From assembly GCF_000008665.1 (NCBI RefSeq), contig NC_000917.1, forward strand, positions 1,230,001 to 1,262,000: a DNA stretch of 32,000 nt, in the 5' to 3' direction. Each line of letters begins with the position of its first letter. Position 1 is the stretch's first letter. Source of the stretch: Archaeoglobus fulgidus DSM 4304. Lineage in GTDB: Archaea; Halobacteriota; Archaeoglobi; Archaeoglobales; Archaeoglobaceae. A program made the position numbers and the translations under genes. Below, piece by piece: positions 1 to 7,251 of this stretch. The notes under the pieces were generated by a model. That model made no database searches and was not told the origin of the DNA. It saw only the letters and a program-made list of their open reading frames with translations.

Positions 1-159
1 GTCCCTAATCATCTCCTGCGCAATTTCGGAGCACATGAAGAGGTGATCCCTGACAACGCTAACCCCCTCACTGCTCTTCGCAAACTCCACCAGCTCATCA
101 ATATCGACGTTTGAAGAGATGTTCTCACCGCAGTGACACACGTAAACGCCAATTTTCAT
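1..159 (-). CDS. hdrA: Heterodisulfide reductase subunit A-like protein, N-terminal 53 codons (truncated by window edge)
   Basis: Manual translation of the minus strand from the ATG at 159: MKIGVYVCHCGENISSNVDIDELVEFAKSSEGVSVVRDHLFMCSEIAQEMIRD. The 'VYVCHCGxNI...MCSxxGQ/AQ' pattern is typical of HdrA N-termini. Confidence 0.75.
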   Translation of the reverse strand, partial: MKIGVYVCHCGENISSNVDIDELVEFAKSSEGVSVVRDHLFMCSEIAQEMIRD

Positions 160-190
160 CCAAATTCATTTGAATTCCAGCTTTAAATCA

Positions 191-259
191 TTTTATAAAT
201 AATTACATACATGAAAAATTGTAAAAGTTAATAGATGCATGAAAAATTGTGCAATTTTT
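191..259 (-). promoter_or_regulatory. Candidate promoter/operator region for hdrA: TATA-like ATTTATAAAA (minus strand, 191-200), direct repeats CATGAAAAATTGT (210-222, 238-250), palindrome AAAAATTG-TG-CAATTTTT (242-259)
   Basis: Read directly from the sequence; located 30-100 nt upstream of the hdrA start codon. Confidence 0.45.
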
Positions 260-298
260 AGTTGAAAAAAGTTAATAAATTAATATGTTAACTAACTT

Positions 299-805
299 TT
301 ATGTGGGAGCTGGCTTTAGTCGTTGGACTCGCGTTCTTCGGATCCTCGCTCTTCTACCTGATGAGGGAGTGACCAGTTTAACAATTCTTTTTACCACTTT
401 TTTTACGGCCTCCTCAGCTTCAGAGGACATCTCAGAAAACTCTGCAAGGTTTTTCACCTCTGCACCGATGAGAATCACTCTGGGCATTGCCTGAATCGCA
501 CTCATCGCCGATATGGCGTAGAAAATGTCGAGGTCGTGGATTGACGCAATTTTCCTTTTCAGCACTCTCTCGACCGGTAACCTGTAAACTCTCCCCGGCT
601 TTCCGCCGAAATTGACCGCATCAACTATCACAACGACGTCGTAAAAAAAGAAGTAATTCACGAGATCAAAGCTTCCCGTTCCACCATCCATCACGGTGAC
701 GTTTTTTGGCAGCCTTCTTCGCTTGAGCTCCTCCACAACTCTGATGCCGAGGCCATCATCACCCATCAGCGGGTTCCCTACTCCCACGACCAGAATCCGA
801 GACAA
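299..805 (-). CDS. vhtD: [NiFe] hydrogenase maturation protease (HycI/HyaD family)
   Basis: 168 aa, 'ILVVGVGNPLMGDDGLGIRVVEEL...VDAVNFGG' is the hallmark of the M52 hydrogenase endopeptidase family; directly follows the hydrogenase structural genes. Confidence 0.9.
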   Translation of the reverse strand: MSRILVVGVGNPLMGDDGLGIRVVEELKRRRLPKNVTVMDGGTGSFDLVNYFFFYDVVVIVDAVNFGGKPGRVYRLPVERVLKRKIASIHDLDIFYAISAMSAIQAMPRVILIGAEVKNLAEFSEMSSEAEEAVKKVVKRIVKLVTPSSGRRARIRRTRVQRLKPAPT

Positions 806-1454
806 CTTTTTCCCTCCTGTAGCCGCTTATCATTGATGACAGCGTTCCGAATATCGTTGCTGCGTAGGCGTGCATTATCATCACTGTTGCATAGAGAAAC
901 ATCGTCAGCCTGTGAAGACCTCTTATGAATGCGTAGCTGTTGTCAGTCCCGAAAAGTAATCCCATCTTCTCGGCAGCAGAATACACCGGGCCGAAGTATT
1001 CAGGATAGAGCATTGCCAGCCCCGTAATCCCTATGATTGCCGTAAGAAGTACATACGTCCAGAAGACGAGCACCTGACTTGGGATTATTTTCTCAACATA
1101 TTCCCTCCTTCTTGGGTCGTAGGCTCTTGGGTCGCCAACATGTCCACCCTTTATCCACGCAACAGCCTCCTCCAATACGAACTTGATGCTGTAGGGTATC
1201 CTTGAAGGTTTGATCCACTTCCACTCCTCTGCGATGCTGAAGTACATGAACAGAGTCCACAGCCCAGCGAAGACGAAGCTCATCCTTATGTGAAGTGCGT
1301 AAGCATCATCGAAAAGGGTAAACCCAAAAAGTTTTGAGAGCTGCATTCCTGAGAGGGCGGTGATTATCCCAGTAACCACTATTCCCCAGTGGCAGCTCCT
1401 CACAAACTTCGAGTGCCTTTCAACGGCCACACTTCCGCATTTCTTGCACTCCAT
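759..1454 (-). CDS. vhtC: Hydrogenase cytochrome b subunit (membrane anchor)
   Basis: 231 aa, several TM segments, His-containing 'RHSKFVRSCHW' and 'HIRMSFVFAGLW'; sits between large-subunit and protease genes. Confidence 0.85.
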   Translation of the reverse strand: MECKKCGSVAVERHSKFVRSCHWGIVVTGIITALSGMQLSKLFGFTLFDDAYALHIRMSFVFAGLWTLFMYFSIAEEWKWIKPSRIPYSIKFVLEEAVAWIKGGHVGDPRAYDPRRREYVEKIIPSQVLVFWTYVLLTAIIGITGLAMLYPEYFGPVYSAAEKMGLLFGTDNSYAFIRGLHRLTMFLYATVMIMHAYAATIFGTLSSMISGYRREKVVSDSGRGSREPADG

Positions 1455-1455
1455 A

Positions 1456-3165
1456 CTACCTCACCACGTGGACAGCGCAGGCAATGCACGGGTCGAAGCT
1501 TCTGACGACCATCAGGGTGAGAGAGGTGTTGTAAATCTGGCCGTTCAGCCTTTCAATGTTCAGCTCTGCAAGGCCGAGGGGTGTTAGGGCTGCAGCTAAG
1601 GCATCTCCCCAGCTCATCGCTCCCAAACCCAAGGCGGAGAGGTCAACGTCCTTTTCGGGGTAGATGGCGTTGCAGATTTCAGGTACACTCAGATTTGGCA
1701 GCCAAGTACCCTCTAATGCTGTTTCAACTGGCCCGGGCTGCCCGAAATCGTCTCTTGGGCTTAGATTCCACGTGCTTGGCACAACACACTGGTAGTTGGC
1801 TATTTTGTGGTCTTTAACTTTAATGTAGTGCAGCAAACCTCCTCTTGGCGCATCCCAGAGGCCAAAACCCTCGCCCTCCTTCGGCACATTCCTGTAGTTG
1901 GTAACCTTCTGGTTGGTGTAGGATTTCAGCTCAAGCAACCACTCAAAGACTTTCTGCGAAGTTAAGATTGTAAGAGCGACTCTCGCAGCGAGCCTGTCAA
2001 TAACAGACCCCTTTGGATTTAGCACCTCATACTCAAAGTAGCCGTGGTCTTCTCCAGTCACAGGATTGCGGATGGGTATCTTCCATCTTGTGCCGTAAGT
2101 GTTGAGCATTCTGGCAAGCGGTCCCACTTCATAAACCTTTCCGTCGTATCTGGGAGCCTTCAACCACGAGTATGCTTCAGATTTGTTTTTATCAGGTTTA
2201 GGTGCGTCCTCATCTTTCGGATTAAGCCCGCTCTCATTGTCGTACCACGAATACCTGACATATTCAGCTATTTTTGAGATGTCAAGGGGCTTTGAGCTTC
2301 CATCCCACGCTCCAGCGTGTATCAGAGCGCTGCTCCTCTTTGAAGGTGAATCAAGCACTGAAAGCCAGTCATCGTAGTTCTCATGATCGGGGAAGAGGCC
2401 GTAGCTGAGGAAGTTTCCTGTTGACGCCCCAACATCCTGAAGCCCCCTGAAGTTGATGTCGAGGAGTGAGCTTACCGCCTCACCAACCTTCTCGTTGGCC
2501 TCAAGGAGGTTGTAGAAATCCTTGACCATCGTTTCAGCAACCCACCTCCATATTTCGAACATTCTGGCAAGAGAGGAGGCAATTCTGTCCTCAGTCGGCC
2601 TGACCGCCATACCTCCCGGATACTCGCTCTGGTGGTGGGGGAACTTTCCTCCCCAGATTGCGACAATTTCGTTGGCCTTCCTCTGTATCTCAAGAGCACC
2701 AACGTAGCTTGAGCCGATTCCCAGCTTCGAGACACCTTCCTTTCCAAGTGCCGGAGGCACCATGGGTGGATACTTGCAAACAACCCCGAGTTCGGGGCCG
2801 AGAAGAATGTAAGAGTGGATTATGTGGTCGTAAATGTAGTAAGCTCCGTGAAGAACGTTTCTTATTAGAACAGCCACCGGTGTGGGTGTGACGTTAAATG
2901 CCGCCTCTATCGCCTGAATGGATGCTTCCGCATGCGGAGCGGGACAAACACCGCAAATTCTCTGAGTTATAATCCAGGCATCTCTTGGGTCTCTCCCTCT
3001 CAAAATCGTCTCCCATCCCCTGAATAGGGTTCCGCTGCAGTAAGCCTCCTTAACAACATCCCACTCTCCCGTGGAGGTTTTTAGCTTTTCTGGAGAGAGC
3101 TCAACTCTGAGATGACCCTCTATTCTCGTTACGGGGTCAATAACTATCCTGCTCATCCTTCTCAC
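1456..3165 (-). CDS. vhtA: [NiFe] hydrogenase large subunit (F420-non-reducing/Vht type)
   Basis: 569 aa, N-terminal 'RICGVCPAPH' and C-terminal 'DPCIACAVHVVR' Ni-ligand motifs. The start may be the second Met (MSRIVIDP). Confidence 0.95.
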   Translation of the reverse strand: MRRMSRIVIDPVTRIEGHLRVELSPEKLKTSTGEWDVVKEAYCSGTLFRGWETILRGRDPRDAWIITQRICGVCPAPHAEASIQAIEAAFNVTPTPVAVLIRNVLHGAYYIYDHIIHSYILLGPELGVVCKYPPMVPPALGKEGVSKLGIGSSYVGALEIQRKANEIVAIWGGKFPHHQSEYPGGMAVRPTEDRIASSLARMFEIWRWVAETMVKDFYNLLEANEKVGEAVSSLLDINFRGLQDVGASTGNFLSYGLFPDHENYDDWLSVLDSPSKRSSALIHAGAWDGSSKPLDISKIAEYVRYSWYDNESGLNPKDEDAPKPDKNKSEAYSWLKAPRYDGKVYEVGPLARMLNTYGTRWKIPIRNPVTGEDHGYFEYEVLNPKGSVIDRLAARVALTILTSQKVFEWLLELKSYTNQKVTNYRNVPKEGEGFGLWDAPRGGLLHYIKVKDHKIANYQCVVPSTWNLSPRDDFGQPGPVETALEGTWLPNLSVPEICNAIYPEKDVDLSALGLGAMSWGDALAAALTPLGLAELNIERLNGQIYNTSLTLMVVRSFDPCIACAVHVVR

Positions 3166-4198
3166 CTCTCAGTTTTCTTCTCACCGCATGAACGCCAATT
3201 CCCACTGCGGTTGCACCAAAGATGCCAGCCCCAAGCGTTGTTGGATTCAACCCGAGGAAGCTGGGGATTGACGGGAGCTCAGCGTAGAAGGGTGAGAACT
3301 TGTCCGGCCATCCCGGCTCTGAGCATGCAATGCATGGGGCCCCTGCTTCGACGCAGTAGCTGGTCTTGCCGTTCCACCTTCTCGAGGGGCAGTCTGTAAA
3401 GGCAACAGGCCCCTTGCATCCAATCTTGAATCTGCATCCATCTCCGTTTCCGGGCTCCTCAATGAAGACTCCTCTGTCATACAGAGGTCTGTAGGGGCAG
3501 AGCTCGTCATGCATGTTTGTGCCAAAAAGGGCCTTTGGCCTGCCATGCTCGTCAAGGTCAATCTTAGCCCCCATTATTACAGCTGAAAGAATGATGACGA
3601 CATGCTCCCCATTAACGGGACAGAGAGGAAGATTGATAACGGGCTTTGCAATACCTTCCTCTCTCAGGAACTCTGAAAGTCCCATCGCCCCGGTAGGATT
3701 TGGATTTGCCGCAGGTATGCCTCCAAAGGTTGCACACTGGCCGACAGCAACTATGGCATCAGCAACCTCTGCGGCCTCCCTAACGTGCTCCCTGAAGTCC
3801 TTTCCTGCTACCACACAGTAACCGGGTTTCTGGACAGCCCCTTCAACAACAAGAATCCTCTTGCCCTTCTCTCCAGCTTTCCACCTCTCCTTAAGCTTTT
3901 CAGCGAGTGTTCCTGAGGCTGGATGTATCGTTTCCATGTAGTCGGGAAGAGCTATCGGCAATCCAGACGTCCCAACGATAATCTCAGTTAGAATCTGCAC
4001 CAAATCCGGATTCGACGCTTGAGCAAAGGATACCGTGCATCCCGTGCACGCTGCCCCGTTCAGCCAGCAAATGTGCCAGTAATCCTTCTTTGCCTCAACT
4101 GCTCTCACTATGTCCCCTTTATACGCGCTCAGAAAAGCTGAGGCACCCATGGCCGCAACAAGCTTCATAAAATTCCTTCGGGTAAGGCTCATCATCAC
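3137..4198 (-). CDS. vhtG: [NiFe] hydrogenase small subunit with Tat signal
   Basis: 353 aa, twin-arginine signal 'TRRNFMKLVAAMGASAFLSA', proximal cluster motif 'CWLNGAACTGCTVSF', 'CSEPGWPDKFSPF'. Confidence 0.95.
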   Translation of the reverse strand: MMMSLTRRNFMKLVAAMGASAFLSAYKGDIVRAVEAKKDYWHICWLNGAACTGCTVSFAQASNPDLVQILTEIIVGTSGLPIALPDYMETIHPASGTLAEKLKERWKAGEKGKRILVVEGAVQKPGYCVVAGKDFREHVREAAEVADAIVAVGQCATFGGIPAANPNPTGAMGLSEFLREEGIAKPVINLPLCPVNGEHVVIILSAVIMGAKIDLDEHGRPKALFGTNMHDELCPYRPLYDRGVFIEEPGNGDGCRFKIGCKGPVAFTDCPSRRWNGKTSYCVEAGAPCIACSEPGWPDKFSPFYAELPSIPSFLGLNPTTLGAGIFGATAVGIGVHAVRRKLRGEKDEQDSY

Positions 4199-4312
4199 AG
4201 ACCCTCCATTTTTATCCTTAGCATTTTCAATTAATAAAAAAGATTTCCATTAAAAAAAATGCAGAAAAGTTAATATTTTTAATTTCTTATTCTTTTTTAA
4301 ATGCATTTAAAA

Positions 4313-4606
4313 TCATGTATCATTTTCCATAATATCGATAATGCTCTTGATTTGCTGGGCAATCTTCTGCCCTTTATCAGTCAACCTTATAATTTTTGTT
4401 CGACCCTCAAGTTCGCATTCGACCATTTTTGCCTCTTCAAATTTTTTTATAATCAGCCAAACGTAGCTGTGAGGGCTGTTTACCTTGCTGGCAATGTATT
4501 GGATGTAAACGTCATTACCGCCAAGGCTTTCATAATAGATTGTCATCAAAATCTCAAGCGCTTTTTCTTTAAAGAGAAGCTTGATTCTTTCGTCCTCCAC
4601 CCTCAT
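4313..4606 (-). CDS. Winged helix-turn-helix (MarR-like) transcriptional regulator, 97 aa
   Basis: 'VYIQYIASKVNSPHSYVWLIIKKFEEAKMVECELEGRTKIIRLTDKGQKIAQQI' is a typical wHTH plus wing pattern. Confidence 0.75.
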   Translation of the reverse strand: MRVEDERIKLLFKEKALEILMTIYYESLGGNDVYIQYIASKVNSPHSYVWLIIKKFEEAKMVECELEGRTKIIRLTDKGQKIAQQIKSIIDIMENDT

Positions 4607-4715
4607 CGAAAAAATTGTACAAATCTACAATTAAAAAACTTTACTTCCTAAAAAATCGCAATCCAATTTGTCTGCGTCTGAGGTTTTTAAACCCATAATC
4701 CAAAAAAGCAACAAC

Positions 4716-5678
4716 TGTGATATCCCGAATTAATTTCACTCCTCAAACAACCACCTCCCGTACTCAAACACCCTTTCAGCAGGTAGCTTCCTCAAAAAGG
4801 CCTGATAGGGAGTCTCCAATTCGTCGAAATTCAGGCTCATGTGAGGCTTAACGTAATTGTACCAATAAATGAACTCATCCAAAGAATCAAACAGATGGAT
4901 CTTCTGCTCCATCAAACCAAAGAACCTCTCTATCTTTCCATTCGTTTGTGGATGGTTTATTCTGGCAAGAACATGCCTTACTCCATTCTCGGCCAAAAAC
5001 TCCCTGAATCTATGCTTGGCCTTCTCTCTGCTTTTAGCTGCAACAAACTGAGTTCCGTGATCTGTGAGGATCTCATCCGGAATGCCATACTCCCTGAATC
5101 CCACTTTCAGGACTCTAATCGTGTTCTCAGTCGTAGCTGAATCGAAGACTCCGTAACAAGTAATAAAGCGGGAAGCATCATCCATGAAGGCTATAATCCA
5201 TTTCTCTCCAAGCCTCTTCCAGTCTCCCTGCCATAAAGACATTGAGTGGGTTCTTTCGTATCTAACCCATTTCCTTCGTTTCTTCTTGCTCATGTTCTCC
5301 TCCACCAAACCGTGTTTGAGTAAAACTTTGTAGATTGTATTATGGGAGATGTGGATGCCGTAATCCCTTTCTATCAGCCTTTCCAATGGTACTGGGCTGA
5401 GTCTGTATTTTTTGTAGGCCTGCAGGATTATTTGCTCTGTCTTTTCGTCAATTGGTTTGGGCTTTCTTCCTGCTTGTTTGAGTTCTGGAATCTGGCCAGT
5501 TTCCTCATATTGTTTTTTAAGCTGGTAGATTCTTCTTGGTGTAACTCTCATCACAGCGGCTATTTCCTTTACTGGAGCTCCCTTGTCAAGCTGTCTGATT
5601 ATCCACCTGATCTTTTTGTTCGTTAGTTTTCTCACATGAAGTGGGTGTTTAGTAGTGAAATAATTTAGGGATACTACA
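4716..5678 (-). mobile_element. Complete IS element, 963 bp (matches the ISA0963/IS481-like family in length and content)
   Basis: 23-bp imperfect terminal inverted repeats: left TGTGATATCCCGAATTAATTTCA (4716-4738), right TGAAATAATTTAGGGATACTACA (5656-5678), 18/23 matching as inverted repeats. They enclose a DDE transposase. The first 376 bp recur at 31625-32000. Confidence 0.93.
4736..5635 (-). CDS. DDE (rve integrase core) transposase, IS481-like
   Basis: N-terminal HTH ('APVKEIAAVMRVTPRRIYQLKKQYEETG'); 'QGDWKRL...IIAFMDDASRFI...EILTDHGTQF...HPQTNGKIERFFGLMEQK' catalytic core. GTG start at 5635 lies inside the IS; the track ORF start at 5758 reads out through the terminal repeat into flanking DNA. 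Confidence 0.9.
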   Translation of the reverse strand: MRKLTNKKIRWIIRQLDKGAPVKEIAAVMRVTPRRIYQLKKQYEETGQIPELKQAGRKPKPIDEKTEQIILQAYKKYRLSPVPLERLIERDYGIHISHNTIYKVLLKHGLVEENMSKKKRRKWVRYERTHSMSLWQGDWKRLGEKWIIAFMDDASRFITCYGVFDSATTENTIRVLKVGFREYGIPDEILTDHGTQFVAAKSREKAKHRFREFLAENGVRHVLARINHPQTNGKIERFFGLMEQKIHLFDSLDEFIYWYNYVKPHMSLNFDELETPYQAFLRKLPAERVFEYGRWLFEE

Positions 5679-5789
5679 TCGCTGATTCCCAAAGCTGAAA
5701 TTAAAGAGGTAAGGAATGCGGCGCATCTGGCAAAGATAGAGAATCCAGAGGAGTTCAACCTCTACGTAGTGGAATTTCTAAAGAGATAG
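5679..5789 (+). pseudogene. C-terminal remnant of an alpha/beta-hydrolase-fold gene truncated by the IS
   Basis: Manual + strand translation from the IS edge: SLIPKAEIKEVRNAAHLAKIENPEEFNLYVVEFLKR*, matching the usual '...IPxAxxxxxxxAGHLxxxExPEEFNxxxxxFL' C-terminus of the fold. Confidence 0.65.
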
Positions 5790-5824
5790 TAAAATTTTTA
5801 AATGTTGAGGATAAAATTAGGTAA

Positions 5825-6193
5825 ATGAAGCAAAAGCCGAGAGTGCTGATTGTGGAGGACGATGCGGCCATTCTCGAGGCAGTTCAGCTGATGATCTCGG
5901 ACAGATACAATCTGCTCACTGCCACAAACGGCGAGGAAGCTGTAAGGCTTTACAAGATGTTCAAGCCCGACATTGTCCTTATGGATATTGCCATGCCTGT
6001 AATGGATGGAGTTGAGGCAGCGAAGGAAATTAAAAAATTCGACCCAGATGCAAAGATTATCGGCATTACAGCCTATGCCAGACGGAGGGGGCAGGAGCTG
6101 CTCGATGCTGGCGCTTTAGAAATTCTTGAAAAGCCCTTCACAAGGAAGAAGCTTCTGGAAACAATTGAAAAGTACCTTCCGTCTGAGGAGTAG
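5825..6193 (+). CDS. Stand-alone response regulator receiver domain protein (CheY-like)
   Basis: 122 aa, 'RVLIVEDDAAILEAV...PDIVLMDIAMPVMDGVEAAKEIK...IIGITAYA...GALEILEKPFTRKKLLETI'. Confidence 0.93.
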   Translation: MKQKPRVLIVEDDAAILEAVQLMISDRYNLLTATNGEEAVRLYKMFKPDIVLMDIAMPVMDGVEAAKEIKKFDPDAKIIGITAYARRRGQELLDAGALEILEKPFTRKKLLETIEKYLPSEE

Positions 6194-6259
6194 CCATTTT
6201 ATCCTCTATCTCCCCACTTACCCCATCTCTTGGAGTAGGTGTCGTCCTTCTCCCTCACC

Positions 6260-6712
6260 CTACCTATCACCTCCGACGTAGTCTTCGAGAAATATAACGT
6301 CAAAATCCTTCTCCACTTTGTCGGGCATCTCCTTCTCTCTCTTTCTGAAAACTGCTTTGCAGTTTTTCAGCTTGGACAGGGCGAGGACGTAGCAGTCCGC
6401 AAGGGCGAGGCCGTATCGAAGTTTAACTTTAGCTGCCTCAACGTCGAGCTCGGTTGAGCAGACAACTTCCACTGCGGGGTGCCTTTGTAGCCACTCAACG
6501 AACTCCACGGACTTTTCAAGCCACTCTTCGATACCTGCTTCCCTCAGCACTCTCGCAGTGACGTAGCAGATCTCTGCTATGGTGACGTAGGGTAGAAGAA
6601 CCTCAAGCTGCCCAATAGAGTTGATTACATTTCTTGCTACATCGTGGAGCGGAGACTTCCTGTCAATGTAGTCAACAAATACGCCGGTGTCAATCACCGC
6701 CTTCGACACCAA
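6260..6712 (-). CDS. vapC: PIN-domain ribonuclease toxin (VapC-like)
   Basis: 150 aa, 'VIDTGVFVDYIDRKSPLHDVARNV...EVLLPYVTIAEICYVTARVL...KLRYGLALADCYVLALSK' PIN acidic residues. TTG start at 6712 or GTG at 6709. Confidence 0.8.
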   Translation of the reverse strand: MVSKAVIDTGVFVDYIDRKSPLHDVARNVINSIGQLEVLLPYVTIAEICYVTARVLREAGIEEWLEKSVEFVEWLQRHPAVEVVCSTELDVEAAKVKLRYGLALADCYVLALSKLKNCKAVFRKREKEMPDKVEKDFDVIFLEDYVGGDR

Positions 6713-6949
6713 GATCCCTCAGGAGTTTTCTCATTCTTTCCTCGTCGATTTTTCTGGACTCTTTCAATATCTGCTCAGACCTCTCTCCGAGATCGACGAA
6801 AATGTCCGGTGGTTCGGGAGAAGGTTCGAGGATTATCTTCTTGCCCTCCAAGTGAACGTTCATGACCGTTCCGGGCTTTATCCCCAGTGCATCCCTTATC
6901 TCTTCGGTATGACTATCTGCCCCTTTGAGGAGGTTTTGACCTTTGGCAT
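6690..6949 (-). pseudogene. vapB: AbrB/SpoVT-type antitoxin (VapB-like), frameshifted
   Basis: Manual translation: ATG at 6949 gives MPKVKTSSKGQIVIPKR* (stop at 6896-6898). In the shifted frame from about 6902: EIRDALGIKPGTVMNVHLEGKKIILEPSPEPPDIFVDLGERSEQILKESRKIDEERMRKLLRDLGVEGGD* (stop 6690-6692). One extra nt near 6902-6906 restores 'SSKGQIVIPKEIRDALGIKPG'. Confidence 0.75.
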
Positions 6950-7251
6950 AATTTGAGTAAGACGGAGTATTACTTAAGTCTTACCTCGAAATGAGCTTCA
7001 ATCCTCGGATATCTCCCTCATCGCCTTTGCCCATCAGATGCCCGCCCATTTCCGTTTATTCGTTACTTCACCTTTCCGTATAGCTCAACAACGTCATTCT
7101 TCCCCTTTCTCTGCTCAGAAGGAAAAGCAATGGCCACTGGCAAATCAAAGCCGCTCGCAACGACATCAATCTCAAAGCAGGGGTAAACCCACCAGTTGTT
7201 CATGATATTTTATTCACAATCTCACTTATTAACCTTCCCCCAACTAAGGCT

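Noticed and set aside
4301-4651. 116-aa plus-strand ORF
   Set aside because: Antisense to the wHTH regulator, with low-complexity Phe-rich composition and no recognisable family.
5636-5758. N-terminal part of the 340-aa transposase ORF (MNSSGFSIFARC...)
   Set aside because: It crosses the terminal inverted repeat at 5656-5678 and is antisense to the hydrolase remnant; a GTG start at 5635 inside the element is more plausible.
6239-6457. 72-aa plus-strand ORF and the cluster of overlapping plus-strand ORFs at 6634-6956
   Set aside because: Antisense to the PIN toxin and the frameshifted antitoxin, whose coding potential on the minus strand is much clearer.
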